The notes beneath the pieces were generated by a model. It saw only the letters and a list, made by a program, of their open reading frames with translations. It did no database searches and was not told the origin of the DNA. Source: a bacterium (lineage in GTDB: Bacteria; Desulfobacterota; DSWW01). Taken from it: 64,000 bases of DNA. The translations under genes and the position numbers were made by a program. This document shows positions 7,232 through 15,920 of this stretch, piece by piece; position 1 is the first letter of the stretch, and each line of letters starts with the position of its first letter. Location of the stretch: the NCBI GenBank assembly GCA_040756235.1, contig JBFLZG010000001.1, forward strand, positions 1-64,000, written 5' to 3'.

Positions 7232-9742
7232 ATGGCAGGCGCACCTTCTGCTGTACAGGAGATTCAGCAGCTCGAAGCCAAGCAGGAGTGGTGGTGGGCG
7301 GCCGAGAAGAAACGCACCAAGAGACTCGATTACCTGCGGAAGGCCGTCTGGAAGAAGGGAGCCATCGGCGGTGTGTACAACCCGGGGGTCAAGGTCGACC
7401 TGGAGTCCGTGGGTCTCCTGACGGAGATGTACTTCAGCGACCAGGCCAAGCACGACCAGCAGATGATGCGCCGGGCCAGGGCCCTGGCGCACGTCCTGGA
7501 CAACGTCCCGATCTTCATCACCGACCAGGCGCAGCTCGTAGGCTACGTGGGGAGCGCCCCTCATCGGATGATGTGGTACGTGCTCTGCTCGAGCATGATC
7601 AACCAGGAGGTCTACAACGAGCCCGGCATCTTCGAGGAGCCTGAAGAGGAGTCGCTCCGCAAGGCCGCGGAGATCGCCTCGGCCTGGGCCGGCGAGGCCG
7701 CCATCGACAAGCTGGCGCGGCGGCTCGATCCCGAGGACGCCGTCAAGTTCATGAGCGGCGCCATCGGCTGGGGGACTCCCTCTTCCGGCGCCCCCGGGTA
7801 CTCGACCAAGGACTACGAGTACTTCATGACCGGCAAGAGAGGGTTCGCGGACATCATCCGGGAGATCGACAGCCACATCGAGGAAGCGGAACAGAGGACC
7901 ATCGGCGTTCCGGGGCCCGACATCCTCCCTCTCTACAAAAAACTACAGAACTGGGAGGCGATGAAGCTCATCCTCGAGGCCGCCATCCGCTACGCCGGGC
8001 GGTTCGCGCGGCTGGCGCGCACCGTGGCCGAGAACCTGGAGAGCGACCCCAAGCGCCGGGAGGAGTTGCTCCGGGTCGCCGAGACCTGCGAGCGGGTCCC
8101 GGCCAAGACCCCGCGCAACCTCCAGGAGTCCTTGCAGCTCGACCACTTCGTCCAGGTCCTCCTGCGCTTCGAGGCGCACGAGGGCGCGTGGCCCTGCCGG
8201 CCCGACTATTACCACGGCCCCTACTACGAGAAAGACGTGAACGTCGACCGGAGACTGACGAAGGACGAGGCCCTGGATCTGGTCGGAGAGTTTCTCATCC
8301 GCGCCTACGAGGTGGGGCAGTTCGCGCCGCGCTGGGCCAGGGAGGGGCTCCAGGGGATCACCGGTACCTGGGTGTGGACGATCGGCGGAGTGAAGCCGGA
8401 CGGCTCGGACGCGTGCAACGGCATGACCGTGGCGCTGCTGCAGGCGGCGCGTCTGGTGCGCGTCTCGAACCCGACCTTCGGCTTCCGCTGGCACCCCAAG
8501 GTGAAGGACGAGGTGATGCGCGAGTGTTTCGAATGCATCCGCCACGGCCTGGGGTTCCCCTCCATGCGCAACGACCCGATCCTGGTCCAGAACGCCATGC
8601 ACTGGCATGGGCATCCGCTCGAAGAAGCGAGGCTCTGGGTGCACCAGGCATGCATGTCCCCGTGCCCGCCGACCAAGCACGGCAACCAGCCGTTCCGCAT
8701 GGCGGCCGCCACCGCCAACTGCGCCAAGATCGTCGAGTACGCCCTGCACAACGGTTACGACCGCGTCGTCAATATGCAGATGGGACCCAAAACGGGGGAC
8801 GCGCGCAAGTTCGCCGATTTCGAGCAGCTCTACCAGGCCTGGGTCCGGCAGATGGAGTGGCTCTTCAGCCTCCTCGTTCGCACGGTCAACCTGGGCCGCT
8901 ACGTGGACCCCGAGTTCTTCGGCCGGCCGTTCCTCTCCGCGATCTCGGAGCGCTCCGTGGAGTCGGGGCTGGACATCATCGACCCGACCGGGGAACGGGG
9001 CAACGCCTGGATCACGGCCTTTACCTGGGTGGAGAACGCGGACTCGCTTGCGGCGGTGAAGAAGCTCGTCTTCGACGAGAAGAAGTACACGATGGAGCAG
9101 CTCGTCACGGCCCTGGAGAAGAACTGGGAAGGCTTCGAGCAGATGCGCCTGGACTTCGTGAAGAGCGCGCCGAAGTGGGGCAACGACGACGATTATGTGG
9201 ACGAGATCATGGTCCGCTGCCTGCGGGAGTGCGCCCGGTTCTCCAGGGTGCTCAAGTGCCCGAGCGGCAACAGCTGGCCGATCCTGCCGGAGAACGTGAG
9301 CGGCAACATCCACTACGCCAACATCGTGGGTGCGCTGCCGAACGGCCGCAGGCGCGGCGACGCGCTCTACGACGGCGGCATCTCCCCCGGGCCCGGGCTG
9401 GACAAGAAGGGTCCGACCGCGGTGCTCAAGTCGTGCGGCAAGATCGATCACGTGGCGGACGGCCGGGCGTTTCTGCTCAATCAGCGGCTCTCCCCCGTGC
9501 AGCTCCAGGGAGAGAAGGGCTACCAGCTCTGGAACGCCTACATGAAGACCTGGGCGGAGCTGGGCCTCGACCATGTGCAGTTCAACATGGTTTCCGACAA
9601 GACCCTGCGGGCAGCGCAGCAGGACCCGGAGAAATACCAGGAGGTGATCGTGCGGGTGGCCGGCTACAGCGCGCACTTCGTGGACATCAGCCGGAAGACC
9701 CAGGACAACATCATCCAGAGGACGGTCCAGGGCATCGCTTGA
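7232..9742 (+). CDS. assA: Alkylsuccinate synthase alpha subunit (glycyl radical enzyme), copy 1
   Basis: WVHQACMSPCP Cys loop, C-terminal RVAGYSAHF glycyl-radical motif, N-terminal QEWWW.AEKKR..RLDYLRKAVWKKG typical of AssA/MasD. Confidence 0.93.
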   Translation: MAGAPSAVQEIQQLEAKQEWWWAAEKKRTKRLDYLRKAVWKKGAIGGVYNPGVKVDLESVGLLTEMYFSDQAKHDQQMMRRARALAHVLDNVPIFITDQAQLVGYVGSAPHRMMWYVLCSSMINQEVYNEPGIFEEPEEESLRKAAEIASAWAGEAAIDKLARRLDPEDAVKFMSGAIGWGTPSSGAPGYSTKDYEYFMTGKRGFADIIREIDSHIEEAEQRTIGVPGPDILPLYKKLQNWEAMKLILEAAIRYAGRFARLARTVAENLESDPKRREELLRVAETCERVPAKTPRNLQESLQLDHFVQVLLRFEAHEGAWPCRPDYYHGPYYEKDVNVDRRLTKDEALDLVGEFLIRAYEVGQFAPRWAREGLQGITGTWVWTIGGVKPDGSDACNGMTVALLQAARLVRVSNPTFGFRWHPKVKDEVMRECFECIRHGLGFPSMRNDPILVQNAMHWHGHPLEEARLWVHQACMSPCPPTKHGNQPFRMAAATANCAKIVEYALHNGYDRVVNMQMGPKTGDARKFADFEQLYQAWVRQMEWLFSLLVRTVNLGRYVDPEFFGRPFLSAISERSVESGLDIIDPTGERGNAWITAFTWVENADSLAAVKKLVFDEKKYTMEQLVTALEKNWEGFEQMRLDFVKSAPKWGNDDDYVDEIMVRCLRECARFSRVLKCPSGNSWPILPENVSGNIHYANIVGALPNGRRRGDALYDGGISPGPGLDKKGPTAVLKSCGKIDHVADGRAFLLNQRLSPVQLQGEKGYQLWNAYMKTWAELGLDHVQFNMVSDKTLRAAQQDPEKYQEVIVRVAGYSAHFVDISRKTQDNIIQRTVQGIA

Positions 9743-9834
9743 AAGGAAAGGTACGGGGAGGCGGAGAAGGGTGCCCAACCCCGGCTCCTCTCCCCCAACG
9801 GTTCTCTCGCGGGACACGACTTCAGGAGGACGTC

Positions 9835-10047
9835 ATGAAATGTGTGGTTTGCGGCCATGAAGCGACGGTCGACAAGTTCCGTTACCTCTACAACGCCCGG
9901 ATCGACGCGTCCATGAGCCTGCGGCAGTGCCCGCAGTGCCAGGAGTGGCTCGCGGTGGACGAGCTCGCCGGGGAGGCGAAGCAGAAGGTGGGCCCGGGGG
10001 AAGCGCCCTGGGGCAAGTCGGCAGGCATCGAGGGCCTGGCGGAATAG
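9835..10047 (+). CDS. masE: MasE-like small metal-binding subunit (70 aa)
   Basis: MKCVVCGHEA..KFRYLYNARIDASMSLRQCPQC...PWGKSAGIE; two CxxC; AGGAGG RBS; directly after assA. Confidence 0.82.
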   Translation: MKCVVCGHEATVDKFRYLYNARIDASMSLRQCPQCQEWLAVDELAGEAKQKVGPGEAPWGKSAGIEGLAE

Positions 10048-10065
10048 AGCGTATGACTCGGGGAC

Positions 10066-10207
10066 CGTCATCCCGGCCAGTGCTTCCGCGGGACCTGCGG
10101 GGAATCCTCTCTCCCCCGTGCACGGGGGAGAGAGGCAGAGTGAGGGGGAGCCTGGAGCAGATTCACCCCTCATCCTGTCCTTCTCCCCTCCGTGAGGGGA
10201 GAAGGAA
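10066..10207. repeat. Cluster of palindromic REP-like repeats
   Basis: CGTCATCCCGGC...GGAATCC, a perfect 30-nt palindrome CCTCTCTCCCCCGTGCACGGGGGAGAGAGG (10106-10135) and TCCTTCTCCCCTC-CGT-GAGGGGAGAAGGA. The equivalent spacer in operon 2 is only 22 nt. Confidence 0.7.
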
Positions 10208-10262
10208 TGAAAAGATCGAGCGCACGCCATTCTGTCAACGGATCGTTGCCAGGGAGTCCAGA

Positions 10263-10601
10263 ATGCTCTTCCAATGCGCCAAGTGCGGGTTCGAGGCGGA
10301 CCACCAGGAATTCAAGTACCTGTGCAGGAACTGCTGACCCGCGACCGGAGAGTCGGATCTCCGGCAGTGCCCCAGGTGTGGGGCCGAGTGCGTCTTCTCC
10401 CGTACGGAAGCTCTGGAACAGGAGCCCGGGCGGATGAGGGAGCTTTCCCGGCGCCTGGCGGCGATCCCGAAGACCCGGGACCCGGTTCTCCTGAAGGAAG
10501 CGAAAGGGCTCATCGCGGAGCTGAGCGAGATGAACATGCGGTGGAACATACCGGAGCTGGGCCGGTTCCTGCGCGAGCGCCAGAAGGAGCTGCTCTTCTG
10601 A
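10263..10601 (+). CDS. Putative selenoprotein, MasE paralog (112 aa, UGA at codon 25)
   Basis: MLFQCAKCGFEADHQEFKYLCRNC-TGA(10335-10337)-PATGESDLRQCPRCGAECVFSR...ERQKELLF. The frame stays open 87 codons past the TGA; the paralog at 46127 has the TGA at the same codon; GGGAG RBS. Confidence 0.8.
10345..10364 (+). promoter_or_regulatory. Putative bacterial SECIS stem-loop
   Basis: CCGGAGA-GTCGGA-TCTCCGG: 7-bp stem starting at the 8th nt after the TGA, loop beginning GU; stem identical in the paralog. Confidence 0.65.
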
Positions 10602-10674
10602 CGAAGCGTCACGTCACAGGAGCGCGTGCCCTCCCGCGAGGAACACCGGACCACCCAGAAAGTGAAAGATCAGC

Positions 10675-11526
10675 ATGACGAGCTTCGACGCTGCCTTGCA
10701 TGTGCCTGCTGCGGAAGAGCACTTCTTCCTGCCCGGGCACGTCATCGAGAACCTCGAGCGCATCCGGCTGCTGGCGGGCCGCCACCCGGTGAACGTCCTG
10801 GTGGCCGGCAAGCAGGGGTGCGGGAAGTCCACCATGGTGCGCCAGTTCGCGGCCCGCAACAACCGGCCCCTGGCCACCTTTCAGATCGGGATTCTGTCGG
10901 AGCCGGGCCAGCTCTTCGGCGAGCACAGGCTGAGAAGCGGAGAGACGTACTATCAGGAGTTTCTCTTTCCGAGGGCGATCCAGACGCCCGGCTGCGTGGT
11001 GCACCTGGAGGAGATCAACCGGCCGGAGCACCCCAAGGCCCTGAACATGCTGTTCTCGGTCCTGGCGGAAGACCGCAAGGTCTGGATGGACGAGCTCGGG
11101 CTCGTGCGGGTCGCAGACGGCGTCGTGTTCTTCGCCACACTGAACGAAGGCGAGGAGTTCGTCGGCACGGAAATGCTCGACGCGGCGCTGCGCGACCGGT
11201 TCTACGTGACGCTCCTGGACTACCTGCCGGCCGAGGTCGAGACCCGGGTGCTGCACCTGAAGGCCGGGGTCAGCGAAGCCGACGCCCTGAGCATCGTGAA
11301 CGTCGCGAACAAGCTGCGCGGCAACACCCAGGAGCCGATGGTGGTCTCCACGCGGCACACCCTGATGATCGCCGAGATGATGTCCGTGGGGGGCACCCTG
11401 GAGCAGGCCTTCGTCCACAGCCTCCAGGTGAGCCGGGACATGCTGGAGTCGGTGCTCCTCTCGCTCCACGTGGAGCTGAAAGCGTGCGCCGGCGGCGGCA
11501 ACGGGAGCGCCTATCAGCCGTACTAA
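10675..11526 (+). CDS. assE: AAA+ ATPase, BssE/AssE-like (CbbQ/NorQ/MoxR group)
   Basis: Walker A GKQGCGKS, Walker B VVHLEEINR, ATLN, DAALRDRF; downstream of assA. Confidence 0.85.
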   Translation: MTSFDAALHVPAAEEHFFLPGHVIENLERIRLLAGRHPVNVLVAGKQGCGKSTMVRQFAARNNRPLATFQIGILSEPGQLFGEHRLRSGETYYQEFLFPRAIQTPGCVVHLEEINRPEHPKALNMLFSVLAEDRKVWMDELGLVRVADGVVFFATLNEGEEFVGTEMLDAALRDRFYVTLLDYLPAEVETRVLHLKAGVSEADALSIVNVANKLRGNTQEPMVVSTRHTLMIAEMMSVGGTLEQAFVHSLQVSRDMLESVLLSLHVELKACAGGGNGSAYQPY

Positions 11527-11544
11527 GAATAAGGAATCAAAGGT

Positions 11545-13161
11545 ATGCCAGTGAGATGGGACATCGGGTACATCGTGCGCAAGCGGGCGGGCCTGTCCCC
11601 GGACAAGACCGCGGTCATCTTCGAGGACCGGCCGGTCACCTACCGTGAGTTGAACGAGGGGGTGAACCGGGCCGCGCACTTCCTGCAGGCAAAGGGGATC
11701 CGCAGAGGGGACCGGGTGGCGCTGGTCCTGCTGAACTGCGTCGAGTTCCTGGAGATCTACTTCGCCTGCGCCAAGATCGGGGCCATTCTCGTGCCGCTGA
11801 ACTGGCGCCTGGTCGGACCGGAGCTGAAGTACCAGCTCGACGACTGCGGCACCCGCATGCTGGTCTTCCATGACGCCTTCGTGAAGAACGTCGATACCAT
11901 CCGTCGGCAGCTCGGCGTGGAGCCGGACAAGCTCGTCTTCATGACGAGCGCCGGCCCCGGGGACGGCGCCGGCGCGACGTCCGCATGCCCCGGTTGGGCC
12001 GAGGACTACCACGCGCTGACACGGGGGCTGCCCGCGACCGAGCCGGTGCTGAACGGTCCGGTCTGTTTCGACGACCCTCTGGCGATCATCTACACCTCCG
12101 GGACCACCGGGAACCCGAAAGGCGCCGTGCTGACGCACGAGCAGACCTTTTTCAAGAACTTCCAGATCGCCTTCTACACCGAGGCCAGGCCGGGCGACGT
12201 GTTCCTCTCCCAGATGCCGCTCTTTCACTCCGGGGGTCTGTTCGTGGTGGCCACGCCGGCCCTGTGCGCGGGGATGACCCTGCTCATGCGCAAGGGATTC
12301 GATCCGGCCGTGTTCGCAGAGGACATCCAGCGTTACAAGGCCACGGTCGTGCTGGCCCTGACCACGATGTGGCGGATGGTCCTGGACGCGGGAAAGCTCG
12401 ACCGCGTGGACGTGAGCTCGGTGCGCTGCGTCCTGGGGGGCGGGGAGCGGACGCCGCCCAGCCTGTTCGACGCGCTGGCCAAGAGAGGGCTCTACATGCA
12501 GCAGGGGTTCGGCCAGACCGAGAACTCCGCGATGATGGCGCTGCCCAAGGAAGACATCCACCGCAAGATGGGATCCGTGGGCAAGCCCGGGTTCTTCACC
12601 GACATCTGGATCGGAGGCCCGGACGGGGAGAGGCTCCCTCCGGGGGAGATCGGGGAAATCGTCGCGACCGGGCCGACCGTCATGAACGGCTACTGGAACC
12701 TGCCGGAGACCACGGCGCGGACGATCGTGGGCGACGTGCTCCTGACCGGCGATCTCGGGTACGTCGACGAGGAGGGCTACTTCTATATCGTGGACCGGGC
12801 CAAGGACATGTACCGGACCGGGGGAGAGAACGTCTACCCGGCCGAGGTGGAGAAGATCCTGGCCGGGCACCCCAAGATCTCGAACGCGGCCATCATCGGG
12901 ATCCCGGACGAGAAGTGGGGGGAGACCGGCATGGCGTTCATCGTGCCGGTGCCGGGCGCGACCGTCACGGAACAGGAGATCTACGACTTCCTGGAGGGGA
13001 AGGCGGCCAAATTCAAGCACCCGAGGCACGTCCGCTTCCTGGACGCCCTGCCGCTGACGCCGACCATGAAGGTGAAGAAGGCGGAGCTGAAGGAAAAATA
13101 CTCGAAAGGGATGTTCGACACGGTCCCGCGCGCCTCCGCTCATTCTGCGGGAGCCGTCTGA
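11545..13161 (+). CDS. Long-chain acyl-CoA synthetase (AMP-forming; AssK-like)
   Basis: YTSGTTGNPKG, QGFGQTE, TGDLG, GGENVYPAEVE motifs. Confidence 0.92.
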   Translation: MPVRWDIGYIVRKRAGLSPDKTAVIFEDRPVTYRELNEGVNRAAHFLQAKGIRRGDRVALVLLNCVEFLEIYFACAKIGAILVPLNWRLVGPELKYQLDDCGTRMLVFHDAFVKNVDTIRRQLGVEPDKLVFMTSAGPGDGAGATSACPGWAEDYHALTRGLPATEPVLNGPVCFDDPLAIIYTSGTTGNPKGAVLTHEQTFFKNFQIAFYTEARPGDVFLSQMPLFHSGGLFVVATPALCAGMTLLMRKGFDPAVFAEDIQRYKATVVLALTTMWRMVLDAGKLDRVDVSSVRCVLGGGERTPPSLFDALAKRGLYMQQGFGQTENSAMMALPKEDIHRKMGSVGKPGFFTDIWIGGPDGERLPPGEIGEIVATGPTVMNGYWNLPETTARTIVGDVLLTGDLGYVDEEGYFYIVDRAKDMYRTGGENVYPAEVEKILAGHPKISNAAIIGIPDEKWGETGMAFIVPVPGATVTEQEIYDFLEGKAAKFKHPRHVRFLDALPLTPTMKVKKAELKEKYSKGMFDTVPRASAHSAGAV

Positions 13162-13266
13162 GCGGAGCTTCGCTTCGGTTCCCGGACTCGAGGGGTCCGG
13201 GGCCGCCTCCCGGGAGTGAGGGCCCGGGGGATCAACCTTCGGAACGAACGAAGAGGGGAACGCGAG

Positions 13267-14583
13267 ATGAAAAGAAGCACGCTTTACCCGATCTTCCTGG
13301 CAGGCTTCTGCCTATGCTGGCTCTCTTGCACGGCGCGCGCGGCCCTGGCCGAGGTCAAGGCGGGCGACATGCTGGACAAGAACAACTGGGAGGACGCCGG
13401 CGGACTGCTCCCGGACGCCATCGTGGAGTGGGTGAAGAAGGGGGACGTCGCCATGAGCGTGGCAGAGCTCAAGTACGACCCTCTCGAGTATCTGCCCGCC
13501 GCGGCTGCTCGGTCCGGGGAGGCCAACAAGGGCAAGTTCGAGGTGAACGAAGACGACCTCATCGTGGAGAAGGCTTCGGGAAAAGTCCCCGAGTTCATCG
13601 AAGGGATCCCGTTCCCGGAGTCGGAGATCCGGGCCGACGATCCCAAGGCGGGCGCCAAGATCATGTACAACAAGTACTACCACACGTACGTGGTGGGCAA
13701 TCAGTTGTTTCCCTTCGGCACGATCTGGCTGAGCCGGGACAAAGGGTTCGAACGGGAAGTGAAGTGCGAGTGGCACCAGTATCCGATGGTCGGCTTTGCG
13801 GAGCGGCAGAGTGAGTCGAATCCGGACGGGATCGAGCGCTACTCCCTCATCCGCGTGCTGGGGCCTTACGACATCGCGGGAACCAATATCCTGCTCAACC
13901 GGTTCCTGGGAAAAGCCATGGACAACACCTTTGCCTACGTTCCCGCGATCCGCAGGGTGCGGCAGATGAGCCCGGCGAACCGTTCCGATTCCTTCATCGG
14001 CTGCGACGGCTGCGTGGACGACGCCTGGCTGTTCGATGGCAAGGTGAGCGCCTTCCGCTGGAAGCTCCTCGAGAAGAAGGAGGCCCTGCTGCCGTTTCTG
14101 AGCGAGGAGGTGCTGCCCCTGGAGAAGGAAGCGGACGGGTCGCTGCTCACGGGCAAAGGGATGAAACAGATCCGCTACGGTTACCAGGATGACAACGGAG
14201 CCGCTGCGCCCTGGATGGCGGTGAATCTGGTCTGGGTGAAGCGGCCGGTCTACGTGCTCGAGATGGAGCCCAAGGATCCGTACTACAACTACGGTGTGCA
14301 GTACCTCTGGGTGGACGCCCAGGTGAACATGATGGCGGTCTGGAAAGTGATCCGCGACCGGTCCGGGGCGTACTGGAAGACGGTCTTCTATTCCTACGGG
14401 GCGTTTGCCACCGCGGACAAGGCCGTGCGCCTGATCGGAGGGACCTCGATGATCATCGTGGACGATCGCACCGACCACGGCACGATCATCCGGTTCCCGG
14501 AGCCGGAAAACCAGTGGCGGTACAACGCCCATCTGGATCGGAACGACTACACGCTGGGCGGGTTTCGGAAGATCTGCAAGTAG
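13267..14583 (+). CDS. DUF1329-like exported protein
   Basis: N-terminal signal peptide (…CTARAALA), GIPFP, YVPAIRRVRQMS..NRSD motifs; partner DUF1302 gene nearby. Confidence 0.75.
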   Translation: MKRSTLYPIFLAGFCLCWLSCTARAALAEVKAGDMLDKNNWEDAGGLLPDAIVEWVKKGDVAMSVAELKYDPLEYLPAAAARSGEANKGKFEVNEDDLIVEKASGKVPEFIEGIPFPESEIRADDPKAGAKIMYNKYYHTYVVGNQLFPFGTIWLSRDKGFEREVKCEWHQYPMVGFAERQSESNPDGIERYSLIRVLGPYDIAGTNILLNRFLGKAMDNTFAYVPAIRRVRQMSPANRSDSFIGCDGCVDDAWLFDGKVSAFRWKLLEKKEALLPFLSEEVLPLEKEADGSLLTGKGMKQIRYGYQDDNGAAAPWMAVNLVWVKRPVYVLEMEPKDPYYNYGVQYLWVDAQVNMMAVWKVIRDRSGAYWKTVFYSYGAFATADKAVRLIGGTSMIIVDDRTDHGTIIRFPEPENQWRYNAHLDRNDYTLGGFRKICK

Positions 14584-14708
14584 CTGCGGCAAGGGTATCA
14601 GGGGGGCCCCGGCCTTCGCCGGGGCAGGCTCTCCGCCCCTCGATGCGCGATGAGCAGAATACGGGAGATGACCGTCTATCGGCTTCGTCGGAAGGAGGAA
14701 GAGAAAGC

Positions 14709-15905
14709 ATGTCCAGGCGAGTCGGCATCGTTGGCGCGGGGGTGACTCCCTTCAAAGGGGCCTGGAGGGAGAAGACGTACTACGAGCTGGCCCAGATGGC
14801 CACCCGGGAGGCGGTGAAGGACGCGGGGATTGCGATCCACGACGTGGACGCGGCGTTCTACGCCATCTACAACGACATCTTCGAGCGGACCGCGATCCCC
14901 GAGCACGCCCTGCACGGGCTCCTCGGCATGCAGAACAAGTTCGGGATCCGGATCACCACGGGCGGCGCCACCGGCGCGTACACGATGTCGGCGGCCCACG
15001 CCTATCTCGCGGCCGGCCGCTTCAAGACCGCCCTGGTGCTGGGGGTGGAGAAGGCCACGGACTGTTTCGACTTCGCCTCCATGTCGGCCACGCCCGAGGT
15101 GATCAAGTCGATCGGCTGGTCCGGGGACAGCTTCTTCGAGCAGCCGATCGGCTGGACCGCCTCCGACAGCTACGCGGAAGTCGTCCTGGCCTACATGGAC
15201 GAGCACCCCGGGGACTTGAAGCCCGAGGTGACCGCCCGCATCGCCGCCCAGCTGAGCGACCAGGTGAGGACGAACCCGTACGCCCAGCGGCAGTTCGACC
15301 AGGTCACCGCGGAGGAGGTGCTCAACTCCCGACTGGTGGTGTACCCCTTCCGGGAGCTCGAGATCTGCGTGTACAGCGAAGGGGCCGCCGCCCTCATCCT
15401 GGCCGAGGAGGAGACGGCCCGGGCGATCTCCAGGGCCAACGGCACGCCGGTCGTATGGATCACCGGGCTCGGCGAGTCGAACGAGCACTCCTTCGCGGGC
15501 AAGAACCACAAGGTGATGTCGCGCATCTTCTCGGACCACTACGCGGCCCGGCGCGCCTACGAGATGGCCGGCATCCTCGATCCCGGGGAATCGGTCGACA
15601 TCGTGGAGCTCCACGATGCCTTCGTGCACCAGCTCGAGGTCAGCATGGCCGAGTTCGGGCTGGTCCCCCTGGGCCGGGCGGACGACCTGATCGAGGAAGG
15701 CCTCATGACCCCGGGCGGCAGGTATCTGGTCAACCCGTGCGGCGGCCTGATCTTCTGCGGCCACGCGGTGGGCGCCAGCAACATCATGTCCGCGTGGTCC
15801 GCCAGGAACGAGCTGGTGCGCAGGAAGCTGAAGACCGCGCTGGTGCACGGCACCGGCAGCACGATCGCCCAGTACACCGCCTGCATGATCCTGGAACACG
15901 AATAG
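14709..15905 (+). CDS. Thiolase-fold protein (SCP2-thiolase/Ltp-like), nucleophilic Cys absent
   Basis: VGIVGAG.T.F, LVLGVEK, EGAAALIL, VELHDAF, VNPCGGL..GHAVGA. The usual Cys position reads TTGGATG. Confidence 0.85.
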   Translation: MSRRVGIVGAGVTPFKGAWREKTYYELAQMATREAVKDAGIAIHDVDAAFYAIYNDIFERTAIPEHALHGLLGMQNKFGIRITTGGATGAYTMSAAHAYLAAGRFKTALVLGVEKATDCFDFASMSATPEVIKSIGWSGDSFFEQPIGWTASDSYAEVVLAYMDEHPGDLKPEVTARIAAQLSDQVRTNPYAQRQFDQVTAEEVLNSRLVVYPFRELEICVYSEGAAALILAEEETARAISRANGTPVVWITGLGESNEHSFAGKNHKVMSRIFSDHYAARRAYEMAGILDPGESVDIVELHDAFVHQLEVSMAEFGLVPLGRADDLIEEGLMTPGGRYLVNPCGGLIFCGHAVGASNIMSAWSARNELVRRKLKTALVHGTGSTIAQYTACMILEHE

Positions 15906-15920
15906 GCCGGAGAAGATGCC

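Noticed and set aside
7232..9742. Annotation as pyruvate formate-lyase or benzylsuccinate synthase
   Set aside because: The single-Cys HQACMSPCP loop, AssB/MasE-type small subunits and the linked mutase and carboxyltransferase fit alkylsuccinate synthase better. The exact substrate is still unproven.
10335..10337. Genome-wide TGA reassignment (Trp or Gly) as the explanation for the in-frame TGA
   Set aside because: Many conserved genes here end properly at TGA (assA 9742, both carboxyltransferases, gltD), and no other gene shows an internal TGA.
9927..10337. Track ORFs 9927..10337, 45941..46201 and 46256..46465 as independent genes
   Set aside because: They are fragments of the read-through genes. 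The first two extend upstream over masE or repeats, and those extensions are not conserved between operons.
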